From a virus (taxonomy: Duplodnaviria > Caudoviricetes), in IMG/VR virus record IMGVR_UViG_3300049015_000057, positions 1 to 27,457 of that record: 27,457 bases of DNA; one strand, written 5' to 3'. Of the stretch, positions 17,063 through 25,677 are shown one piece after another (position 1 is the stretch's first letter; every line of letters begins with the position of its first letter). A program made the translations under genes and the position numbers. The notes under the pieces are model-generated. The model did not search any database. It worked only from the letters and a program-made list of their open reading frames with translations, and was not told the DNA's origin.

Positions 17063-18120
17063 AAAAAGCTGAGCAGCACAAGGCGGCGATTGAGCATGCG
17101 ATATCGATCGGCACCTTCGATTACTTGGTGACGTTTCCAGGCTCTGCCCGGGCGTCGAAGTTCGCGCCCGAGGCGTCACGCGAAACCATGAACGGATTTT
17201 TGACCAGGTGGCTCGAGGCGAAGAAGAAACACGTCGCGAGCAGCACGTTCGATGGCTATCGAAAGCTGGTCACCCTCCGCCTGATCCCCGCCCTGGGCGA
17301 CACCATGCTGGTGGACCTGAAGCGGAAGGCAGTGAGGGACTGGCTGGACACGCTAGAGGTGGGCAACAAGACGCTAAGCAATATCCAGAGCTGTCTCCGC
17401 TCCGCGCTAAATGATGCGACGGAGGAGGAATTGATCGAGCAGAACCCACTGGCCGGTTGGACCTACTCGCGCAAGGCAGCGCCGCCAAAGGAGGATGACG
17501 TAGATCCGTTCAGCCCAGAGGAGCAGCAGGCGGTGCTGGGCGCCCTCACCGGCCAGGCGCGCAACATGATGCAGTTCGCCTTGTGGACCGGCCTGCGCAC
17601 CAGCGAGCTCGTTGCGCTGGACTGGGGCGATATCGATTGGCTTCGGGAAGAGGTCATGGTAAGTCGCGCAATGACCCAGGCTGGAAAAGGAAAGGCCGAG
17701 ACGACGAAGACCGCTGCTGGAAGGCGCAGCGTGAAACTGCTTCGTCCTGCGATGGAAGCGTTGAAAGCGCAGAAGGCGCACACGTTCCTCGCGGACGCGG
17801 AGGTGTTTCAGAATCCGCGCACGCTCGAACGATGGGCGGGTGACGGCCCGATCCGCAAGACAATGTGGGTGCCGGCGATGAAGAAGGCTGGCGTTCGGTA
17901 CCGCCGGCCGTATCAGACTCGCCACACCTACGCGTCAATGATGCTGTCCGCGGGTGAGCACCCAATGTGGGTGGCCAAGCAGATGGGGCATACCGATTGG
18001 ACAATGATCGCGAGGGTTTATGGCCGCTGGATGCCATCGGCTGATGATAGCGCTGGCACAAAGGCCGAGCTTGCATTCTCAAAAGCAGAAATAGCATCCA
18101 AAATCAGCAGTAATTACTAA
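16942..18120 (+). CDS. int: Prophage tyrosine integrase with N-terminal arm-binding domain
   Basis: IEITFMYRGVRCRE arm domain; TGLRTSE, KT, YQTRHTYAS, QMGH, Y catalytic residues. Confidence 0.95.
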   Translation: MGRGGRGVRAVSDSSIEITFMYRGVRCRERITLKPTATNLKKAEQHKAAIEHAISIGTFDYLVTFPGSARASKFAPEASRETMNGFLTRWLEAKKKHVASSTFDGYRKLVTLRLIPALGDTMLVDLKRKAVRDWLDTLEVGNKTLSNIQSCLRSALNDATEEELIEQNPLAGWTYSRKAAPPKEDDVDPFSPEEQQAVLGALTGQARNMMQFALWTGLRTSELVALDWGDIDWLREEVMVSRAMTQAGKGKAETTKTAAGRRSVKLLRPAMEALKAQKAHTFLADAEVFQNPRTLERWAGDGPIRKTMWVPAMKKAGVRYRRPYQTRHTYASMMLSAGEHPMWVAKQMGHTDWTMIARVYGRWMPSADDSAGTKAELAFSKAEIASKISSNY

Positions 18121-18791
18121 ACCCCATATACAACCCGATGCATCCTGCCAACTAAGCCTTCAATAAAATCATGACAATCTTTAGCGTACTTTGGTGTAAT
18201 TGGCCTTGAATTTCTCAAGTGATCAACATCACCTTCGTGCGCTATTTGATTTCTTCTTTTAAAATAATTAGCAAGCGATTTTTTTATATCAGCATCTGTC
18301 GACTTCGGCCCCTGCCATATATCTGATATGGACTGAAATATATTTCCATGCCCTATCAACTCATAAGCGTTTATAACTTTATCTGGCGCTTGAAACGAAA
18401 GAAAGGCTAGAGTGTTTTCTTTGAGCCGCTCAGTGATCACTGATATCGGGTCAGCAGACTTTAAGTACGGTAGCAACTCAGAAAACCCTCTAGCATCTTT
18501 CACTGGAAGAATAGAGGACATCAGTTTAGACAGCGGCTCAGGCACTGAATGACTTCTTAGTATATGAGGGATGCGATCACTTAGAACCGCATGAACATAC
18601 GTATCCAGTGCTGACATTGAGATTACAACCGAAGATCTAGGAAGCCACAAAAGATCTTCATTTTCGTAGTCAAGCTTACCTCGCTTACCAATCCCCCTCA
18701 CGGCCCGCAACTCGACATACATTTCGTAAAGGGAAAGGGCTCCGCTCAAGCTTCTTTGGAAGCGTCCCTTAGGAGAGGTTTCGAATGCCAT
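18117..18791 (-). CDS. Stand-alone HEPN-domain protein (RiboL-PSP-like), putative RNase
   Basis: RSSVVISMSALDTYVH N-terminal helix and RNQIAH (RxxxxH) motif; AT-richer than phage core. Confidence 0.8.
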   Translation of the reverse strand: MAFETSPKGRFQRSLSGALSLYEMYVELRAVRGIGKRGKLDYENEDLLWLPRSSVVISMSALDTYVHAVLSDRIPHILRSHSVPEPLSKLMSSILPVKDARGFSELLPYLKSADPISVITERLKENTLAFLSFQAPDKVINAYELIGHGNIFQSISDIWQGPKSTDADIKKSLANYFKRRNQIAHEGDVDHLRNSRPITPKYAKDCHDFIEGLVGRMHRVVYGV

Positions 18792-18822
18792 TTCGTTGTC
18801 CCGTAAGCGTTAAATGCGGACA

Positions 18823-18851
18823 AATGTATTCCGGCGGAAATTGTTTAGCAA
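18823..18851 (-). promoter_or_regulatory. Putative sigma70 promoter of the HEPN gene
   Basis: TTGCTA-N17-TACATT about 30 bp upstream of ATG 18791. Confidence 0.62.
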
Positions 18852-18856
18852 CAGAA

Positions 18857-18876
18857 ATGGCAGCAATATGGCAGCA
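18857..18876. repeat. Putative integrase arm-type sites
   Basis: Direct repeat ATGGCAGCA at 18857 and 18868 (11-bp period), about 40 bp from the att core. Confidence 0.6.
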
Positions 18877-18913
18877 TTGCTGCTCAAGGCGGCGGTAAAC
18901 AAGGACTGGCCGC

Positions 18914-18939
18914 GGGTTCAAATCCCCCCGGCTCCACCA
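18914..18939 (+). other. att site: tmRNA (ssrA) 3'-end fragment
   Basis: GGGTTCAAATCCCCCCGGCTCCACCA = T-loop plus acceptor strand with CCA matching the Pseudomonas tmRNA end as I recall it; no 5' part upstream; lies between two integrase genes. Confidence 0.88.
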
Positions 18940-18950
18940 CTTTTACATCT

Positions 18951-18975
18951 AAAGACGTCCAAGGGCGTCTTTTTT
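18951..18975 (+). terminator. Intrinsic terminator after the ssrA end
   Basis: AAAGACGTCC-AA-GGGCGTCTTTTTT. Confidence 0.8.
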
Positions 18976-19052
18976 GTGCCTGAAATCCAGTAATAACAAG
19001 GGTTTAAAGTCCAAAGGGGTCCGATGGTATCTGAGCTCATCCTACATTTCGT

Positions 19053-19100
19053 GTATTCCACGTGGTATTCCAAGCCCACGACTGGTATTTTTTGGAATAC
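19053..19100. repeat. Putative arm-type or regulatory repeats of the island integrase
   Basis: GTATTCCA at 19053 and 19065, inverted copy TGGAATAC at 19093. Confidence 0.55.
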
Positions 19101-19120
19101 ACGCAGCATCGGAGTTCACC

Positions 19121-20356
19121 ATGGGTGCCCAAGCCACGCGGCTTTCAGACGTCAAAGTTAAAGCAGCTAAACCGAAGGAAAAAGACTACATCCTCACTGA
19201 TGGCGACGGCCTTCAGATGAGGGTGCGGGCCAATGGCTCAAAGCTGTGGAATTTCAACTACATTCACCCCGTAACCAAAAAACGGATCAACATGGGGCTT
19301 GGCACCTTTCCAGAGGTGAGCCTGGCTCAAGCTCGGAAACGGACAGTAGAAGCCAGAGAGCAAGTGGCGCAAGGGCTAGATCCGAAAGAGAAGCGTGACA
19401 GGGATCGGCAAACTTTAAGAGCGACAACGGAACACACTTTTAAAAATGTGGCCAGCGCATGGTTCGAGCTCAAGAAAGACTCTGTTACTACAGCTTATGC
19501 TGAAGACATCTGGCGCTCCCTGACGCTGCATGTTTTTCCCGACTTGGGTGCTACACCGATCTCGATGATCACTGCTCCAACGGTCATAAAATTGCTTAGA
19601 CCGCTTGAAACCAAGGGCAGCCTCGAGACCGTGAAGCGACTGAGCCAGCGTCTCAACGAGATCATGACCTACGGGGTGAACTCCGGCCTGATTCACTCAA
19701 ATCCACTCAGCGGAATTCGCTCGGTTTTCAAGAAACCCAAAAAGAAAAACATGGCAGCACTCGCCCCAGACGAGTTGAAAGAACTGATGGTGACGGTGGC
19801 GAATGCCAGTATAAAAAGGACCACACGGTGCTTGATCGAGTGGCAGCTTCACACAATGACTCGCCCCGCGGAAGCAGCTACCGCACGGTGGGCAGACATC
19901 GACATCAGCAAGAAAATCTGGACGATACCTGCGGAGCGAATGAAAAAGCGCCGGACTCACATCATCCCGCTCACGGAGCAGACTCTGGAGCTCCTAGAGG
20001 CTATAAAGCCGCTTAGCGGGCACCGCGAGCATGTCTTCCCGGCAGACCGAAATCCCCGTACTCATTGCAACAGCCAAACCGCCAATATGGCTCTCAAGCG
20101 TATGGGTTTTGAAGGCCGCTTGGTCAGTCATGGAATGCGCTCAATGGCCAGCACCATTCTCAATGAGCACGGGTGGGATCCTGAGCTGATTGAGGTTGCG
20201 CTTGCTCACGTCGATAAGGACGAGGTACGTAGCGCGTATAATCGGGCAGATTACATAGAGCGAAGACGGCCCATGATGAAATGGTGGAGCGAGCATATCA
20301 AGGAGGCGGCTACCGGAAATCTGTCGATTTCAGCAATCATCGATCACCTGGACTGA
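19121..20356 (+). CDS. intA: P4-family integrase, CP4-57 IntA/SlpA-like
   Basis: ATG 19121 with SD GGAG; LTDGDGL, GLGTFPEVSLAQAR, TRPAEA, HGMRSMAST, LAHVD, AYNRADY. Confidence 0.93.
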   Translation: MGAQATRLSDVKVKAAKPKEKDYILTDGDGLQMRVRANGSKLWNFNYIHPVTKKRINMGLGTFPEVSLAQARKRTVEAREQVAQGLDPKEKRDRDRQTLRATTEHTFKNVASAWFELKKDSVTTAYAEDIWRSLTLHVFPDLGATPISMITAPTVIKLLRPLETKGSLETVKRLSQRLNEIMTYGVNSGLIHSNPLSGIRSVFKKPKKKNMAALAPDELKELMVTVANASIKRTTRCLIEWQLHTMTRPAEAATARWADIDISKKIWTIPAERMKKRRTHIIPLTEQTLELLEAIKPLSGHREHVFPADRNPRTHCNSQTANMALKRMGFEGRLVSHGMRSMASTILNEHGWDPELIEVALAHVDKDEVRSAYNRADYIERRRPMMKWWSEHIKEAATGNLSISAIIDHLD

Positions 20357-20365
20357 AGCTATCTT

Positions 20366-20769
20366 TTGTTTCTTCCGGGCGAGCGCATGAAGATGCGAGT
20401 GGCTTTCGTAATCCCGATCTCGGAAGACGTCTTAAAACTCGTGCAGAGACTTCCGCGAGCAGAAGGAAAATCCTATTTGTTCACCGGGCAGGGCAAGACC
20501 GGGCTGATGCACGCGAATGCCATACGAACACTCTTGCATGCAATGAACTACGAGCACATTACGCGACACGCTTTCCGCTCTTCATTCCGCGAATGGGCTG
20601 GTGAATGTACTCATTATCCTCGCGAGGTGTGCGAGATGGCCCTGGCTGATGATGAACGCGACCAAACTGAAGGGGATACTCTCGCTCCGACTTTCTCGAT
20701 AAACGCCGTGCATTAATGAACGACTGGAGCAAGTTCAAAACCTCTTCCACGACAGCACCCCAACATTGA
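20366..20769 (+). pseudogene. C-terminal relic of a second P4-family integrase
   Basis: PGERMK..., HAFRSSFREWA, EMALAD (His lost); frameshift near 20675 after which YSRSDFLDKRRALMNDW continues to TGA 20769; N-terminal part absent. Confidence 0.85.
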
Positions 20770-20827
20770 ACTTGCGCCACCGGCATCAACAAACAGCCAC
20801 CTGACAACCATCATCAAGAGATAGAGA

Positions 20828-21547
20828 ATGACAGAAGCTAAACCACCGCTATTCTCTCCCATTCAATACGCAACGATAAGCAATGAGCAAATTGCCAATA
20901 TGACTATTAGCTCATCTATTGGCAGAAATAAATTATTGCTTCGCGAGCATTTTTTCGAACCGTTCTTTGAGCATAACGAACACCTCAAACTGCTAGAGGA
21001 TATTCGTGCAGCCACAAGTAACATCGTCCTACAAGCAGAGCTCGTGCAAAGCTGGGAAGATGAGATAACCCAGCATCGCGGATCTTTCGCTAGTCTACTG
21101 CAAGACGTAAGGCAAGCGAGCCTATACCTAGAACTGGCAACCGCTGCCGAGGAAGGACAACACAATGAACGAGCTTGGGCATTTAACAATCATGCGACAA
21201 TGATAGTCGGCGGTATTTTAGAAAAAATAAACATCCGACTCAACGAAATGGAGACTGACAAAGTCTCCAAGCAAAATAGTAAAAATGCCTTGGAAGGAAA
21301 CAAATCTACGTTGCTGGTCAAAGAGGAAGCTGCAAAATTGCTAGCGCAGATGAGGCCAGAAGCAGGCTGGCCATATAAAGCGAAAGTATTTGTTGCGCTT
21401 GAGCAGCCTTTGGCCGACTTTATCAAAAAAAACAAAATCCGCCGCATACGCATCTCAAACATTGAAGGATGGCTAGGACGTTGGTTACGTGAAGATAAGC
21501 TCGTTGCTCGTGCTTGGGAGAAAAGTAAAAACCACTCAACAAAATAA
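20828..21547 (+). CDS. Hypothetical protein (239 aa), helical with basic C-terminus
   Basis: Long ORF in AT-rich DNA; no family recognised. Confidence 0.75.
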   Translation: MTEAKPPLFSPIQYATISNEQIANMTISSSIGRNKLLLREHFFEPFFEHNEHLKLLEDIRAATSNIVLQAELVQSWEDEITQHRGSFASLLQDVRQASLYLELATAAEEGQHNERAWAFNNHATMIVGGILEKINIRLNEMETDKVSKQNSKNALEGNKSTLLVKEEAAKLLAQMRPEAGWPYKAKVFVALEQPLADFIKKNKIRRIRISNIEGWLGRWLREDKLVARAWEKSKNHSTK

Positions 21548-21635
21548 TAAAATTTAGATATGCCGCGAACACGATTTATATAGTAGCCATAGGCCCTCAT
21601 CTCGATTGAGGGGCTTGACGGCGTCACTGTCTAGG

Positions 21636-22697
21636 TTATGTGTCTTTTGAAAGAGGAACAGCCCTAGGCCTGCCTCGGGAGTCTTTGGGGCTTGGGTACA
21701 ACCCTTTTCCCATACCACGCCCTTCAGTCTGTAGCTTCATAAAAAGGTCCGTCTTGGCAAGGTAGACTACCGCTTCGCGCAAACCTTCACGCAGGGTTTC
21801 ATCAAAGTAGTTGAGCATGCCGATACCACACTTTATATATTTTCGCTTATCCGCATTACAGTTAAAGTAAAGTCCGCGCCCCTTCGTGATCACATCCATC
21901 CAATACTGGCCAATCCGCATGCCCAGAGTTACATCCTCTCGGATTTTTGCTCCATCAAAGAAAAACATCACATGGTAGTGAAACCCCTTTTCTGGCCCAT
22001 GTTCCAGCTTCCAGATATAGCCCACCATAGAGTTAAAAAGATTATTCGATCTTGAGTTTTGGAATAGCCGCTCTCGGTCCCGCTTTGCTTCAGCCAGCGT
22101 GACACTGGAATTCTCTTTCGAATAGGACAGATCAACCCTCAGCACCAACAGCCTGGAATAACGTTCAAATAACGCCTCTACATACCTCATTAGCTCCTTG
22201 TAATTTTTATTGCTTGATCGATGATAGCTGTTGAGCTTAGATTTAAATCGAGCAGACTTTACCTCTTTACGAAGATTTTCCACAAATCCATTTAAATGAT
22301 TCATACGCAAGACAGCATCGTCGACATGTGCATCCAAACTCGACCAAGGCAAAACCTGATGAACACCAGATTCCTTAAAGCGACTTACCACCATCTCGAT
22401 AAACGGTTCAAGCTTATACAAAGCATTGAACCGAGGATCATCAGGAATTGACATGTTGGCTATTTTTTCCAGTATCCTTCCCGGTTTGTTAACGCTCAAG
22501 CAAGCAATACCATCAGCTATGGATGTCATCCCAAATGCATCACCCGTCGTATCAACAAGCTCCTGCACCCAGTTTGATGCTTTATTCAATAGGCGAATTA
22601 GATTTAAGTCTAAGGATCCCATTTCACCAACACCCTTTATCTCCACTGCCTCCTTACATGCTAACGCCAGAAAGCGCTCATCACCAACATCCACCAT
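21636..22697 (-). CDS. Inovirus Gp2 / YagK-YfjJ family HUH protein
   Basis: RYSRLLVLRVDL, GYIWKLEHG...GFHYHVMFFFDG (HUH), YLAK; SD GGAGG before ATG 22697. Confidence 0.85.
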   Translation of the reverse strand: MVDVGDERFLALACKEAVEIKGVGEMGSLDLNLIRLLNKASNWVQELVDTTGDAFGMTSIADGIACLSVNKPGRILEKIANMSIPDDPRFNALYKLEPFIEMVVSRFKESGVHQVLPWSSLDAHVDDAVLRMNHLNGFVENLRKEVKSARFKSKLNSYHRSSNKNYKELMRYVEALFERYSRLLVLRVDLSYSKENSSVTLAEAKRDRERLFQNSRSNNLFNSMVGYIWKLEHGPEKGFHYHVMFFFDGAKIREDVTLGMRIGQYWMDVITKGRGLYFNCNADKRKYIKCGIGMLNYFDETLREGLREAVVYLAKTDLFMKLQTEGRGMGKGLYPSPKDSRGRPRAVPLSKDT

Positions 22698-23062
22698 AGC
22701 CTCCCACCTACCAATTAACACACATCAACAATAGTTATCTACTTGACTTAACATCAAGTCGCCCAGGACTCCATCAGTCAGGCACATACCACTAGGCCAT
22801 TGAACTCTTAAGGTTTGCCACTCATCAATACCGGCTGAACACTAGCGACCAACTACCAACATCAATAATTAACCACCCATACAACTAATAACATACAAAC
22901 CAATATTATCAGGGTAGGCAAGCAGCATTCAAAGCACTGCCAGTATTACACTTCGTTGTGGGAACACGCATTTAAAAGCTATACGGAGTTAGTGCTCAAA
23001 TTTCGCACTGAAGAGCAATTAGTTTTTTTCAGCTGCTCACCACTTAAGTAGCGTTTCCATGA

Positions 23063-23293
23063 TTAGTGCATCTCCTTGGCAGTCATACGTTGCTCAATCC
23101 AGGTAGTGATTTCTGAATCAATCCAACCTATGGCCGCAGCTCCCAGCTTGATCGGTTTAGGAAACGTAGCGTCGTACCTCGGGGAGTGGACATCCATGCG
23201 GTCATAGATCGTTGACCGCCCCAGACCGATACGCTCGGTTAATTGCTTGAGGCGCAAAATCTTCGGGTAGGAAATAGTCGGTGTGCTCATCAC
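23063..23293 (-). CDS. alpA: AlpA-family regulator / recombination directionality factor
   Basis: ILRLKQLTERIGLGRSTIYD...FPKPIKLG..AIGWIDSEITTWI. Confidence 0.93.
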   Translation of the reverse strand: MMSTPTISYPKILRLKQLTERIGLGRSTIYDRMDVHSPRYDATFPKPIKLGAAAIGWIDSEITTWIEQRMTAKEMH

Positions 23294-23878
23294 TGTATTC
23301 TCGTTGGATATCTAGCGGTGATGAAACCTTAAGCCTCTCTCACCTTTGTAAAAAGGCTACAACGACAAGTATTTTCTTCCCGAGATCCCGGAGCATGCTC
23401 AGACTCGAACGTGGCGAGCATGGTATCTGCCCGAAAGAGCAGCTTGAGTTCCTGGCTGGCGACAAACCATCGGTGTTGCCTTCCGACCCTACGCCGAGAA
23501 TAGCGGAGTGAGTCCAGCTGGTTTTGTTAAAGTCCACCGCGTGTATCTGACTGGGCTCCACAGTCGTACCCCATTTTGGGTGGAGTACTGATCAATCAGG
23601 AGGTGCTATTTGGAAGATTGTCACTGAACATCGCATAGCACTCACACGTAGTTTTTATCTGCGATGCGACCCATTCCAAGCCGTTGGTCCAGGATCTCCA
23701 GTGGCTCGCAAATTACCATTTCTGCGCAATAGGAACTAACTACGTAGCTGAAAGGAACTAACTCCACACGCTTTAGCCTGAAACGCTGTCCGCTTGGGGT
23801 ATTACCAGCACCTTGCTTCCATTCAAGCGCCACATTGAAACGCATTTCACATCTATATCACGACACTGAATATCCATC

Positions 23879-24223
23879 ATGGAATCCAATACCATGTTAT
23901 TTCAGTGCCCTTGCTGTAACTCTAGAAACGTCGCCCCCCTCAGAACAGCCATGACGGTTGGCGCCATTGTTAGCTCCATCGGCGATGCTGCACGAGGCGC
24001 GAACTCAGTACTCGCCGGCAGTCAAATGGGGGCCATTCTCGGCGCTATTGCCGGCCCATCGGGCATCATTATCGGTACAGTTTTTTGCGCCATCCTCGGA
24101 CGCCTCGCTGCCGGTGTGCGTGGCTGCGCTCTTAGCGCTCAACTCGGCGAAAGCCTGGATCGCCATGTGCTGGCCAACAACCTTTGTTTGCTCTGCGGAC
24201 ATCGCTTCAAGCTGCCCGCTTAA
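23879..24223 (+). CDS. Hypothetical protein with terminal CxxC motifs and Gly-zipper-like core
   Basis: CPCC..., GAILGAIAGPSG, CLLCGHRF. Confidence 0.68.
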   Translation: MESNTMLFQCPCCNSRNVAPLRTAMTVGAIVSSIGDAARGANSVLAGSQMGAILGAIAGPSGIIIGTVFCAILGRLAAGVRGCALSAQLGESLDRHVLANNLCLLCGHRFKLPA

Positions 24224-24316
24224 TCAGCAACCCGCTCCTCTCCCTCACATCAATCCCGGTCCGTGCTGCGTTCTGCGCAGCGCTTATGCCGACCTGCATC
24301 CAAAGGAACCTTTCCC

Positions 24317-25285
24317 ATGGCTCATTTCATTGAACAAATGGCTTACGTTGGCGCTCCCCCTTGGCATGGCCTGGGCTCTGCCCTGTCACCGAAACAACCC
24401 ATCGAGGTCTGGCAACGAGAAGCCGGCATGAACTGGCAGATCCAGGAGAGCCCGGTGCATTTCAAGGCCGATGCCGTCGGTCATCTGGGCACCATCCACT
24501 CCTACCCGGAACAGAAGGTGCTTTACCGTTCCGATACCAAGGCACCGCTGTCGGTGGTATCCCAGCGTTACCACACCGTGCAACCCCGTGAGGTGCTGGA
24601 GTTCTACCGCGATCTCACGGAGGTCTCCGGTTACGAGCTGGAAACGGCCGGCGTGCTCAAGGGTGGGCGCAAATTCTGGGCGCTGGCGCGGACCGGGCAA
24701 GGTGCTGCGCTGAAAGGTCACGACCAAGTCAACGGCTACCTGCTGTTGGCCACCTCCTGCGACGGTACCTTGGCTACCACGGCCACACCAACCACCGTGC
24801 GCGTGGTTTGCAACAACACTCTGACCATTGCCCTGGATGACACAAGTCAGGCGATCAAGGTGCCCCACAACACTCGCTTCAATCCTCAGTCGGTGAAGAA
24901 ACAACTCGGCATCGCCGTCTCGCAATGGGACGACTTTATGTACCGCATACGCACGCTGGCCGAACGCAAAGTGCAGTGGCATGAAGCGCTGGGTTTTTTC
25001 ATGACCGTGCTGTGCGAGACCAGTTCGACCGGCGCCCTGCCGGAAGTGCTGCCCAACGAGCGCGCTCTGCGCAAGGTCCAGGAGCTGTACGAAGGCCGTG
25101 GTCGGGGAAGTCAATTGGATTCGGCGCGCGGCACCGCCTGGGGCCTGCTCAATGCCGTGACCGAGTACGTAGATCACGAGCGCCGTGCCCGCAACAGCGA
25201 ATACCGCATGGACTCGGCCTGGTTCGGCCAGGGCGCGCAAATCAAACAACGAGCCTTGGACACCGCCCTGCGCATGGTCGCCTGA
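24317..25285 (+). CDS. DUF932-family phage/plasmid protein
   Basis: PWHGLG, ETAGVLKGGRKFW, TSCDGT, RVVCNNT, GTAWGLLNAVTEYVDH; SD AAGGA before ATG 24317. Confidence 0.9.
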   Translation: MAHFIEQMAYVGAPPWHGLGSALSPKQPIEVWQREAGMNWQIQESPVHFKADAVGHLGTIHSYPEQKVLYRSDTKAPLSVVSQRYHTVQPREVLEFYRDLTEVSGYELETAGVLKGGRKFWALARTGQGAALKGHDQVNGYLLLATSCDGTLATTATPTTVRVVCNNTLTIALDDTSQAIKVPHNTRFNPQSVKKQLGIAVSQWDDFMYRIRTLAERKVQWHEALGFFMTVLCETSSTGALPEVLPNERALRKVQELYEGRGRGSQLDSARGTAWGLLNAVTEYVDHERRARNSEYRMDSAWFGQGAQIKQRALDTALRMVA

Positions 25286-25399
25286 ACTTTACCTCATCCA
25301 TCCTTACGCCCACTCAGTCTCCTCGCTGCTCGGGCGTTTTTATGCCCGTAGCCTCGGCGGCGGCGTTCACTAACCTTCCACCATGATGGAGAAAACCCA

Positions 25400-25570
25400 A
25401 TGGCTACCCTACGGATGCTGGCCTCGATCTTCGCATTCACCGGCGTGTTGGCCGGCTGCTTCGCCGGTGTCTTATTGCTGGCGTTGCTGTGGCGCTACCC
25501 CCTGTTACTGCTTGTACCCCTCGCCGCCTGCTGGCTGTTCCGTCTACTACCCGTAACCAGTGAAGCCTGA
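25400..25570 (+). CDS. Small hydrophobic membrane protein (56 aa)
   Basis: Below ORF-track cutoff; SD GGAG; MATLRMLASIFAFTGVLAGCFAGVLLLALLWRYPLLLLVPLAACWLFRLLPVTSEA. Confidence 0.55.
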   Translation: MATLRMLASIFAFTGVLAGCFAGVLLLALLWRYPLLLLVPLAACWLFRLLPVTSEA

Positions 25571-25677
25571 GTGGTCGGCGCCCCTCCCCAAAAAAAGCTT
25601 TAGCCACACGGAGGCGTGCGCTTCATTAGGCACGCCTACGCGCCCTGCCACCGCCATTTAATCTGGAGTCATGAAAA

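Larger units (their letters stand above)
1..18939. mobile_element. Lambdoid HK97-like temperate prophage (right part; left end outside window)
   Basis: Canonical order capsid-protease-portal-terL-terS-HNH ... Q-dnaB-dnaC-rep ... cro/cI ... xis-int, ending at an ssrA 3'-end fragment. Confidence 0.95.

Noticed and set aside
18901-18939. Complete tRNA or tmRNA gene
   Set aside because: Only the T-loop and acceptor 3' strand are present; no matching 5' GGGGCCG arm upstream, and the T-stem is mismatched
18974-19120. N-terminal extension of the island integrase (460-aa call)
   Set aside because: The extension runs through the terminator tail and repeat region; ATG 19121 has an SD and matches the family start
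23294-23878. Short ORFs between alpA and the CxxC gene
   Set aside because: No recognisable motifs, SD sites or consistent frame; probably regulatory or decayed DNA
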